Under the pieces are notes generated by a model that worked only from the letters and a program-made list of their open reading frames with translations, was not told the origin of the DNA and searched no databases. This document shows positions 10,671 through 21,389 of a stretch of DNA of 28,867 nt, in pieces. Both the position numbers and the translations under genes were made by a program. How positions within the stretch are numbered: position 1 is the stretch's first letter; each line of letters starts with the position of its first letter. The stretch comes from Octopus sinensis (taxonomy: Eukaryota): the NCBI RefSeq assembly GCF_006345805.1, contig NW_021833481.1, forward strand, positions 1-28,867, written 5' to 3'.

Positions 10671-11084
10671 CGTTATTTGCCGATGTTTGACACCAAGTCA
10701 TAGCAACCAACGTCTGAAATAAATCACATCTTATTATCAAACTCCTCAGCGAACTGTTTACTTGTTCTCATGCACAATAATTCTTGCCAAATAAACAACG
10801 CGCAACACTTTTTCATTCGATTATATTATCCTCAGTAATTTCTGTTGCTATTTCCCCGCCACCATACTTTTACAATTTCTAATTTACTTCAATTCATTTT
10901 CATGACACGTTATAATAAATAATGCTTTGACATTCCAAAGTATTTACTCATGTGTCCGATGTATTTTTTTTATGTTGATATCATGGTTTGTTCTGCGCAT
11001 TTGTTATTTGTTTAAAGATATTGTTCCTAGTAAAAGCATGCATCGCAAAAGTTTAAGCACGCATACACTGAGAGACGCAAAGAC

Positions 11085-11390
11085 ACAAAGATACATACAC
11101 ACACGTACACACATACGCATATATGCATGTACTTACGCACAGATACATGTAATATGTGTGTGTGTGTATGTGTGTGTGTGTTTGCGAGTGTGTATGTGTG
11201 TGTGCATCTCGTTCTCTTTATATATGTATATATATATTGTATGTATATATATATATACATATATAAATATATATATATATATGTATGTATATTATATATA
11301 TATATATATATGTACAAGCAATGATGCGCATATTGTACCCTCACTTTAATATATATATATTATATATATATATATATTTTTTATTCATAT
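11085..11390. repeat. (CA)/(TG)/(TA)n microsatellites
   Basis: Directly visible. Confidence 0.9.
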
Positions 11391-11748
11391 ATTATGGTAG
11401 TTCTGACTTTAAGAGTCCCTCCGAGCGTGAGACATTTATTTATAGTAATGCCCTTAATATAAATAAATATATTTAAGAGGAATAATTGATGGATTTTTCC
11501 CTCATAAGATCTTTTCACGCTAACTACTTGATAAATTCTTATAAAGATTTTATCCTATTTTTCAATTGCTTGTAAATATATCTAAGGAACTATTTTTGCG
11601 ACGCACATGGTAGAAGTTTGGAAGGAAAGTACGAATTCATTCGTCTATATAGATTTGGCCTATGCTAGCTATCTTCCACTATTCCGACGAAGCTTGCTCG
11701 CGAATCGGAGGTATGTGTAGCATTTGAGAAATCTATCCGAGTGGAGAG

Positions 11749-11802
11749 TTACGCTGATAAAGGATATGAATTTATAATTCTAATCCAGAAACGCGTCCGT
11801 AA
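11749..11802 (+). ncRNA. Minimal type I hammerhead ribozyme motif with a G8A core substitution
   Basis: Stem I ttacg/cgtaa; core CTGATAA; stem II ggatatgaatt-tat-aattctaatcc; GAAA; palindromic stem III ACGCGT; GUC cleavage triplet. Confidence 0.7.
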
Positions 11803-11968
11803 ATAACACCAGACTTTGCTTTCGTTATTCTTCCCTTCTGTTTTACATATGTGAATTACATGGATATGTTGTATGTGGAGTCTTATTTGCAGAAAGTAGA
11901 AATAAACAGACTTTGACTGCTATTTCTAATTTTTCGGTATGTGGCTAAGTAACCTCTTGCCTGCCCCT

Positions 11969-12025
<57 letters not shown>

Positions 12026-12063
12026 GTGTGTATGTGTGCGTGTGTGTGTGTGCGTGTGTGTAG

Positions 12064-12345
12064 AGGCGCAATGGCCCAGTGGTTTCGCGGTTTCGATTCC
12101 CAGACCGGGCGTCGTGAGTGTTTATTGAGCGAAAACACCTAAAAGCTCCACGAGCCTCCGGCAGGGGATAGTGGCGATCCCTGCTGTACTCTTTCACCAC
12201 TCTTTCTCCCACTCTTTCTTCTGTTGGCCTGCTCGCTTAGCCAGCGAGGTGGCGTCATTCGAAGGCTAAAACAATGCGAACGCATTGTGACCAGCGATGT
12301 GTAGCAACATCTGATTGTCTGGTCGGTCACGTGATCACGTGATAT
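12064..12345 (+). mobile_element. tRNA-headed SINE family A, tail type 1 (ends cacgtgat), head internally deleted
   Basis: ggcgcaatggcccagtggtt...ggtttcgattcccagaccgggcg...; near-identical to 26292-26600 and embedded in TA/TG microsatellites. Confidence 0.9.
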
Positions 12346-12361
12346 ATATATTATATATATA

Positions 12362-12399
<38 letters not shown>

Positions 12400-12402
<3 letters not shown>

Positions 12403-12750
12403 TCCTGTCGAAAGACCCTTGTCCTACGTCCTGGTTTTGTTTTTATCCTTACCATTATTGTTTTTACGTTTTTGTATTCTTATTCGTGCTTTCCTTATTG
12501 TTTTCACGTATTTTTGTATTTTTATTCGTGTACATCGTCCGTTTTCCGTCCTTGTGTTGTATACATTCGAGGCTTCTAATGCGCTTGGCTTAGATTTCCC
12601 TTGGTGGCTGCCCAGGTCGGAGCAATCTCAAGATTAATCAGCCGAAATTGCGAAGATGATCCGGTTCTTGACTGATGACTGAGGGCTTCGAATGTCCCGT
12701 CCTGTGGTTCTTGTGTCGTCTTCTAGGTGTTTCACGTTCTTGTCCCAGTT
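12400..12750. repeat. Unclassified insertion within a (TA)n tract, probably an interspersed repeat
   Basis: Flanked by (TA)n on both sides and absent from copy 1 of the duplication. No recognisable ORF. Confidence 0.4.
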
Positions 12751-13524
12751 TATATATATTTTTTTAATTTTTACATATATAGATAGATAGATAGATATAT
12801 ATATGAAGAATGTAGCGCAAACATGCATGTTATATTGTTGTTCTAAAAATATTTAATTTCTTATAATTGTAAACACCTGTTGATTTAATACCCCTGTAGA
12901 GCATTGTAAATAACAACGTGCAGCGTACCCGCCTACCTGCTTCTTAACTGACACCACCACGTTAAGTATAATATCATTTAAACATACCTCTTTATTATTA
13001 CATACGTTTATTTTTTATTTTTTCAGCGATGCAAACATTATGTATTTTGTAAATAATATTCCGAATTGTAATCTTTTTTCTCTATCGCCTTTATTAATCT
13101 CATTAATTTTATCTTATAATATTATGTTTATCATATATCAAACGTAATAGATTTCACACATATTAAATTCGCTTTCACTTGTTGACTGTTTTTTTTTTTT
13201 TTGGTTATGCTCTTCTTCATTTAGGTGAACTATCATGCATTGCTCTGAGAATCAACTTGTTGATTACATACTTAGATAAGTTATATGGTGTTATTCTATT
13301 TACTCAAGGCCATCATGTTATGTAAACGTTTTTGCAACTTTTTCCGGACAACAATTCAAATTGTTATTTTTGTATGAAAACCAAAAAGTAGAAACCTTCC
13401 AAATGTTTTGCTCTGTCACTATTACGAAAACATTCCTTCATATGAATGGAAATACGGCTACGTTTTACTATAACTATATTTCATGGTGGTTATTCCGTTT
13501 TAGATAGATGCAAATGTGTAAAAA

Positions 13525-13826
13525 GTGGAGGCATATGGCCTAGTGGTTAGAGCAGCGGATTCGCGGTCGAGGGATCGCGGGTTCGAATCTCTGACAGGGC
13601 GATGTGTGTTTATGAGCGAAACACCTAAGCTCCACGCGGCTCCGGCAGAAGGTAATGGCGAACTTCTGCTGACTCTTTCACCACAACTTTCTCTCACTCT
13701 TTCCTCCTGCATCTTGCAGCTCACCAGCGACGGACCGGCGTCCCGTCTACGTGGGGAACCTATACGCCAAGGAAACCGGGAAACCGGCCCTTATGAGCCA
13801 GGCGTGGCTCAAGAAGGAACAAACAA
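13525..13826 (+). mobile_element. SINE family A, tail type 2 (ends gaaggaacaaacaac)
   Basis: A and B boxes tggcctagtgg and gggttcgaatc. 14-bp TSD caaatgtgtaaaaa at 13511-13524 and 13827-13840. Confidence 0.9.
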
Positions 13827-13840
13827 CAAATGTGTAAAAA

Positions 13841-13965
13841 CTGTGTTCCCCAAACACTTGGTTCTGGGTTCAATACCATCACGTGGAACTTTATGCAGGC
13901 ATTTTTTACTATATTCTCCCGCTGCCCAAAGCCTTTGAGTGTATTTATTAGACCGAACTTGAAAC
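13841..13965 (+). mobile_element. Diverged fragment of SINE family C
   Basis: Resembles the ggttcagtcccactgcgtggc...gccttgtgagtggatttggtaga segment of the copies at 16905 and 27169. Confidence 0.45.
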
Positions 13966-14094
13966 ATGCACGGTCACTTCAGCAATTCAACTACACATCT
14001 TTGTACTTTTTCCTTTCCGACGAAGAGCTAGGCTCGAAGCTTCAAACTCTTTCGATTCACCGTGCGTCAAGTTGATACATTTCTGTGCCCATCA

Positions 14095-15079
14095 TAACGT
14101 TCGGTTCATTCCTTTTTTTTTCCATTTTTATTCGCTTAATAGAAATGTTTGTCGGGTGGCTGAAGCACAGATGTACATCCACCAGGAATCACAGCTTGGT
14201 AAGTACGACGTTCCTTTAATCAATTTTTTATGCTGTCGATCAAATGTTCCCCGAACATATCCCATACAAGAAGCGACTTTCAATTAAGCATAGCCCCTGC
14301 GCATTTGAACCACAAGTCGTTTAACCAGTTCGTCAACGTGGTTTCATCCACCCACACATTCACCTGCTATGCTCCTCCACCTACACATATCACCACTATG
14401 CTCTTCGGAAACATCACTTTTGGGAGATTCTTTCTTTTGCAATAACAGCCGTGGTAGGTTTCGTACCTTTAGCCATACAAGCCAAAATTGCGGTGAAGTG
14501 GGCCTTGTAACTCCCCGTAGTTTTTACTGAAATTGTGTTTTCCCCTTAACATCTACTGTCTGAGTTCCAACCATATCGAAACAAAAGAGGTGTCTTGTCC
14601 ATATTACCAATTCCTTCCAAAGCAAACTCGTGGTTCCTTCGTAGGTCTATTACATACCGATAGAAGGGATCGGGATCAATTTTGCTCCCTACGTCGGCGG
14701 GTAATTTCTGTGCGATATGAGTTCTTTGTCTTAGCGTAAGATGGTGGCGTTTTATAAACCTCATACACTAGCCAGGGGATACTTTAAAGTCGGATATGCC
14801 ACATTCTTTATTCACTTGAACAGCCCGCAGTCCATTCGTGCGTAGTTCAGTCATCCAATCTCTCAAAATAATCTCCATCTCATTGGGGCTCATTCCTATC
14901 ATAATTTTCTTTAAGGATTTAAGGTCAACGGATTTCATTTACTCCTCTCTCAAACGCCAATCTCTGACTATCTTTCTGAGAGCCCAAATTCTCTTTCTGC
15001 AGCTCCATTCGAATGCGACGTCACCTCTTCAACAACTTTCAGCTTGAAAGTGATATCATGTGAATTCCTTTCTCTTCAT
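14095..15079 (-). mobile_element. Decayed pogo-family (POGK-like) transposase: Brinker-type DBD, CENP-B HTH and DDE_1
   Basis: Pieces include FKLKVVEEVTSHSNGAAEREFG...VRDWR, RFIKRHHLTLRQRTHIAQKLP, IGNMD, KTTG...HFTAILAC, SLLVWDMFGEH and AVIPGGCTSVLQPPD. Putative ATG at 15079-15077; multiple stops and frameshifts. Confidence 0.88.
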
Positions 15080-15084
15080 GTTAA

Positions 15085-15099
15085 CGATAACGATGGTGC

Positions 15100-15138
<39 letters not shown>

Positions 15139-15450
15139 CGATGACGATGATGATGATGATGACGACGACGACGACGACGACGACGACGATGGTGGAGTTG
15201 AAGATGATGTCGATACAGATGGCGATGATCACAATGATGATAACGATGATAATGATGATGAATGCGATGATGATTATGCTAATGTTTACGATGGTGACGA
15301 TGATGACAATAATGACGACGACGACAACGAAGATGACTATGCTGGTCTCCAGAGCAGATGAATATCCCATTCCCGCCTATCAACTTCTACCACACCGGTT
15401 TCCACTCTCCAAAAGTCGTCATCATTTGAGACGATCACCTATCTTATAGC
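15085..15450 (+). repeat. (GAT/GAC)n Asp-codon block plus unique tail, copy 1
   Basis: From gatgatgtcgatac to gacgatcacctat it is closely similar to 18065-18309. Confidence 0.9.
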
Positions 15451-15704
15451 GTCGAATGAAAGACCGCAGTCAATAAAATAAGTACCGGTTTATTACCGGG
15501 TTCGATGTTATCGGACTTCCAAAGTTTCAGCTCCTGTGTCTATAGGAGAATGTATTATTTATTTTCGTTAATCTTAACGCAAAAGTTGAAGACATCGTCT
15601 GTCTTGAATATTTCAAACATTTATTACTGTTAGGCTTTTTACGATATTTGTATTCACTTATTGAATAGCAATGTTTGGCGCAACATCGATTATCACTCAA
15701 AACG

Positions 15705-15706
15705 AA

Positions 15707-15749
<43 letters not shown>

Positions 15750-16387
15750 TCACTCACTCACTCACTCACTCACTCACTCACTCACTCACTCACTCACTCA
15801 CTCACTCACTCACTCACTCACTCACTCACACTCACACACACACACACACTCACTCACTCACTCACACACACTCACTCACTCACTCACTCACTCACTCACT
15901 CACTCACTCACTCACTCACTCACTCACTCACACACACACTCACTCACTCACTCACTCACTCACACACACTCACTCACTCACTCACTCACTCACTCACTCA
16001 CTCACTCACTCACTCACTCACTCACTCACCACACACACACACTCACTCACTCATCACTCACACATCACTCACACACACACACACCACACTCACTCACTCA
16101 CTCACTCCACTCACTCACTCACTCACTCACTCACTCACACACACACTCACTCACTCACTCACTCACTCACTCACACACACACACACACACACTCACTCAC
16201 TCACTCACTCACTCACTCACTCACTCACTCACTCACTCACTCACTCACTCACTCACTCACTCACTCACTCACTCACTCACACACACACTCACTCACTCAC
16301 TCACTCACTCACTCACTCACTCACTCACTCACTCACTCACTCACTCACTCACTCACTCACTCACTCACTTACTCAATCACTCACTCA

Positions 16388-16425
<38 letters not shown>

Positions 16426-16510
16426 GTTCACTCACTCACTCACTCACTCACACACACACACTCACACACACAAACACACACACACACTCACACACACACA
16501 GACACACACA
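15705..16510. repeat. ~800-bp (CACT)n/(CA)n compound microsatellite
   Basis: Directly visible; source of the HSLT-repeat ORFs. Confidence 0.97.
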
Positions 16511-16904
16511 TATAGGTGTATATGTTAGCTTTTTTCATTTCTTGTCAGTGCTTCACTATGTATCATACATCAGACAGAAATTCAAATAAGAATAAAAGAA
16601 ACGCAACTTAGTCGCTCCAGGCAAAGTATCAAGGTTTGGTAGTTAACATCAAGGTGTATGATCTAAGTAAAACTTTGACAATACTCACAAAAGCATCTAA
16701 TAGTAAACAGAAAACTACAGCCGCTGGCTTCTGGAAAATGTTCAAAATTATGAATGCTATGGATAATACACACACTACAGGTGAAGAAACGCTATAGAAG
16801 ATGCTTGGAAAAACATTTGGCCAGACAGCATTTCTTAGTTTTTTTTTGCTAAAAAGGAAAAATTCTACTTTAAGTTAACTAAGATATTGTGATTTTGGGC
16901 AATT

Positions 16905-17329
16905 TACTCTCTCTTTTACTCTTTTACTTGTTTCAGTCATTTGACTGCGACCATGCTGGAGCACCGCCTTTAGTCGAGCAAATAGACCCCGGGACTTATT
17001 CTTTTGTAAGCCCAGTACTTATTCTATCGGTCTCTTTTTGCCGAACCGCTAAGTGACGGGGACATAAACACACCAGCATCGGTTGTCAAGCAATGCTAGG
17101 GGGACAAACACACACACACAAACACAAACACATACAATATACATATATATATATATACATATATACGACAGGCTTCTTTCAGTTTCCATCTACCAAATCC
17201 ACTCACAAGGCATTGGTCGGCCCGGGGCTATAGCAGAAGACACTTGCCCAAGATGCCACGCAGTGGGACTGAACTCGGAACCATGTGGTTGGTAAACAAG
17301 CTACTTACCACACAGCCACTCCTGCGCCT
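16905..17329 (-). mobile_element. tRNA-headed SINE family C with internal microsatellite
   Basis: Head aggcgcaggagtggctgtgtggtaag, an internal (TA/TG)n tract and tail ...tgactgaaacaagtaaaagagtaaaagag. Homologous to 27169-27628. Confidence 0.9.
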
Positions 17330-17689
17330 TATGTAGATTTTGAAGAATTCATGGATGATAGGACCAAGATTGTAGAGTCTCATAGAGAAACTTTAATACA
17401 TACGGGAGTTGATGATGTTAAAAGAATTTCAAGTACGAGTTGCTGGGTGAAAGGGGGTGTTCTTTCGAAGCTCTTCTCCATTTTGTTAACCGCGAAGAAT
17501 ATGACTTAATGGATACTCTTTGCAGTCTAATGCCAGTAAATCTTGATCAGCAGGTGTTCTTATCGTGATTGCAGCATAAAGATTTATTTGATTTCATAAT
17601 GAATTCAAGTGTGCACTAGGATAGTAACAGTGATAAAAATGGTACACCACAAAAGTCAAGATATATGTAAAGTTCATTCACCTCTGAAG

Positions 17690-17854
17690 AAGATGGTGGT
17701 AATTGTGATGGTGATAGTGATGGTGCTGAGGATGATGATGATGATGATGGTGGTAAGATGATAATAAGATGATGATATGATGATGATAATAATGATGATG
17801 ATGATGATGACGACGATGACGACAATGGTAACTATAACGATGGTGATGATGGTG

Positions 17855-17885
<31 letters not shown>

Positions 17886-18001
17886 TGATGGTGTTGATGA
17901 TGATGATGATGATGATGTGATGATGATGATGGTGTTGATGGTGGTGATGATGATGATGATGATGACGATGATGACGATGATGGTGATGATGATCATAATA
18001 A

Positions 18002-18036
<35 letters not shown>

Positions 18037-18309
18037 CTGGTGAAGATGACGATGATGGTGATGACGATGATGTCGATACTGATGGCGATGATCACAATGA
18101 TGATAACGATAATAATGACGATGAATGCGATGATGATTATGCTAATGTTTACAATGGTGACGATGATGACAATGATGACGACAACGGCAATGAAGATGAC
18201 TATGTTGATCTCCAAAACAGAGGAATATTCCATTCCCACCTATCAACTTCTACCACACCAGTTTCCACTCTCCAAAAGTCGTCATCATTTGTGACGATCA
18301 CCTATTTTA
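17690..18309 (+). repeat. (GAT/GGT)n Asp-codon block plus unique tail, copy 2
   Basis: Directly visible; shares the ~90-bp unique tail with 15345-15450. Confidence 0.9.
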
Positions 18310-18529
18310 TGATATATCTGCATTCTCCTTTGTATTCCTTCCCATATTTCACTTCAAATGCTTTTTTTATGCATACAAACAGTATTTTGAATGCTTCAAC
18401 AATAACAATCTAGAATTTTTCAATTATAACTGGTGGATATCCGCGTTTCTTGTTTCAAGTCGGATGTACTTTCTGCAAGCTTCTACAAAATTGCTGCTCC
18501 TCTTCCTATTTCTGTTTCTCTCTCCATTA

Positions 18530-18552
18530 CTCTCTCTTGTTCTGCTATCCCT

Positions 18553-18583
<31 letters not shown>

Positions 18584-19100
18584 TCTTTTCCCCTTTCTCT
18601 CTCTCCCATTGGTTTTATTTCCACCCTCCACCACCCCTCTCTCTCAGCAGGTGCTACACCCATCCCTCTCCTTTTGTTTCTCTGCTGGTGCAACTTCCAT
18701 ATCTTTCTTACACACACTCTCTCTCTCTCTCTCTGGCTATTCCCACATCTCTCTCTCTCTCTCTGGCTATTCCCACATCTCTCCTCTCTCTCTCTCTCTC
18801 TCTTTGGCTATTCCCACATCTCACTCTCTCTCTCTCTCTGGATATTCCCACATCTCTCTCTCTCTCTCTCTCTCTCGCTTCCAGTTTTTGTTATTTTCAT
18901 CTCTCACCCTTTCTCTCTCTCTCTCTCTTTCTCTTTGTACTATTCTCTCACTCCTCTCCCACCCCATCTTTATCTGTTTTATGCTATTCCCAACCCTCTC
19001 TTCTCCTTCTCATCTCCCTTCTTCCATTTCTTCTCCCTCTCTTCCCCTCTTTCTTTCTCTCTCACCCAGTCTCTATTTCTCTCTCTCTCTCTCTCTCCCT
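18530..19100. repeat. (CT)n-rich tract with a ctggctattcccacatct minisatellite (four units)
   Basis: Units between ~18730 and ~18855, separated by (CT)n of variable length. Confidence 0.85.
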
Positions 19101-19302
19101 ATCCACAACTATTCTTCATGCCGCATTACATTAATTGAAGATTAACACCTAATAACACATGATATACCTTTGCAAAAGAAATCATTAACATTTCCTGAAG
19201 AATATCTTTACATTTGTCTGCTAAAGCACAATAACTTTAAGGGAAAATCATAATGAAGATTCTGGCAGGATCTAGACCATTATGGACAACAGAATCAGCA
19301 AG

Positions 19303-19676
19303 TGGAGACGCAATGTCCCAGTGGTTAGGGCAGTGGACTCGCGGTCGGAGGATCGCGGTTTCGATTCCCAGACCGGGCGTTGTGTGAGTTTATTGATCGA
19401 AAACACCTAAAGCTCCACGAGGCTCCAGCAGGGGGTGGGGTGGTGATCACTGTTGTACTCTTTCGCCCCAACTTTCTCTCACTCTTTCTTCCTGTTTCTT
19501 GTCCCCGACTTCCTACGGAACCGCTGAGCCTGGATGTGCATTCATCCATCCGTCGATGCTCTCGGTTTCGGGGGTTGACCTGCTTTCTCTTCTGCGGGTC
19601 TTACGAATAGCAAAGGACCACGTTTCGGACTTCTCCCAACTTGCGAGCTCTGGGACGGAGACCGTTCGCTCGACAG
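19303..19676 (+). mobile_element. SINE family A, tail type 3
   Basis: Family-A head and core followed by a distinct tail cttgtccccgacttcc...cgctcgac. Candidate TSD caacagaatcag at 19287-19298 and 19677-19688. Confidence 0.85.
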
Positions 19677-19774
19677 CAACAGAATCAGTAGAATTAATGA
19701 ATCCTATAACAATTGCAGGAACTTGTTCTCGTACAGAACAAAGAATCATTGAAAGAATATGAAAATACATAACA

Positions 19775-20150
19775 CTACGTGGCACTCCGTCGGTTACGAC
19801 GACGAGGGTTCAAGTTGATCCGATCGACGGAACAGCCAGTTCGGGAAATTAATGGGCAAGTGACTGAGCTTTCTACAGAGGCGTGTACCCTTAATGTAGT
19901 TCTCGGGGAGATTCAGTGTGACACAGAGATTGACAAGGTTGGCACTTTGAAATACAGGTACAACAGAAATAAAGAGAGAGAAAATTGTGGTGAAAGAGTA
20001 CAGTTGGGTTCGCTACCCCTCACACCTTGCCGGAGCCTCGTGGAGCTTTTAGGTGTTTTCGCTCAATAAACACTCACAGCGTCTGGGAATCGAAACCACG
20101 ATCCTACGACCGTGAATCCGCTGCCCTAACCATTAGGCCATTTCACCTCC
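19775..20150 (-). mobile_element. SINE family A, tail type 4
   Basis: Colinear with 21390-21757 (ggcactccgtcggttacgacgacgagggtt...). Confidence 0.88.
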
Positions 20151-20359
20151 AAACACATTAGATACAATCATATTGAAACAACAACATTACGGTAATGAGA
20201 AAAAAGGCTAAGGATAATCGCTTTAATATTTAAACAGAACAGGGAAAAAACATTTGTAACCTCGGCAATACTCGAGAGAACATGCGGAGATTTCAAATTG
20301 TTCGTTCCACCTGCTAGAAATAGAAGTCAGTTCTTTCTCAGACTTTGATCTAGCGTCGT

Positions 20360-20789
20360 TTACCTTTTTTATGTTTTGTTTATTTTAGTTTTTTGACTGC
20401 GGCCCTGCTGGGGCACTGCCTTGTAGAATTTTCAGTCGAATGAATCGACCTAAGAACTTCGGGATTTTTTTGCCTTTAAAGCTTTGTACTAATTTTATTG
20501 GTCGTTTGTAACAAGACCGGGGAGGTAAACAAACCAACACCGGTTGTCAAGCGGTGGTGGATGAAAAACCATAGATGCAAAGATATGCACAAACACATAC
20601 ACACGCGTACATATATATGTATATATACGGCAGGCTTCGTTCGGTTTCCGTCTACAAAATCCATTCACAAGGATTTGGTCCGCTCGAGGCTATAGTAGAA
20701 TACACTTGCCCAAGATGCCATGCAGTGGGAATGAACCCGGACCATGTGGTTGTGAAGCAAGCTTCTCACCACACAGCTACACATGCGAC
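20360..20789 (-). mobile_element. Diverged SINE family C copy
   Basis: Same order of motifs as 16905-17329 (gactgcggcc...tggggcac, cggttgtcaagc, internal microsatellite, cacttgcccaagatgcca). Confidence 0.8.
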
Positions 20790-21389
20790 TGTGATCAGAT
20801 GTTTAAGAGAAATGGTTCCTCGTTGGAAGAAAATCTTTACAAAGTCTTGCTCATGGTTGTTTATTATGGTAGAAATAGTAAGATCACATCGATATATCTA
20901 AAACCTACAGCATACAAACAACCATACCACAAATTGGCTTTTTATACTTTTTTTTAATTACACCAGTGTAGAGATTTCAGTCACTGTCATGTCTCTATCT
21001 CTTTCAATTGATCTCCAGTAACATGAAATTGCGTTCAGATTAAAGACATTATATTTGGACGAACGATTTGAGACAGATCTTACGACTAAATTAAGCTCTC
21101 CTCCAGTTACACCGTAACAGATAGCACGTTCCTGAAATCTGTGTTATAAAACAAGTACTTCTCACACGGAAAAGATAAAAAGAACATAAACACAGATGCA
21201 TTCAGGCGAAGGAAACACATGAGCACTAAAGATTTCCATCTATTTCTCACTCTCATAAATTAGAACAGATGAAATTTCAGATTGAAACTATTATAATCTT
21301 GTCTGCTTAGATTCTAACGACTCCCATCTGATATCTACGTAGGAAAAGGAAAATGGCTAAAGAATGAAAATAAATTTTACTTTCCCACT

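Larger units (their letters stand above)
9605..13400. repeat. Copy 2 of the head-to-tail segmental duplication
   Basis: Same landmarks as copy 1, but it carries a different set of TE insertions. Confidence 0.85.

Noticed and set aside
12672-12700. CTGATGA...cGAAtgtc (hammerhead-like)
   Set aside because: It lacks GAAA, a G-C closed stem II and a stem I partner.
13525-13605. tRNA-like sequences (also 19303, 21690-21757, 25150, 26292, 28340, 28530)
   Set aside because: They have A and B boxes but no complete acceptor stem, and each continues into a shared SINE body, often with TSDs. They are SINE heads, not tRNA genes.
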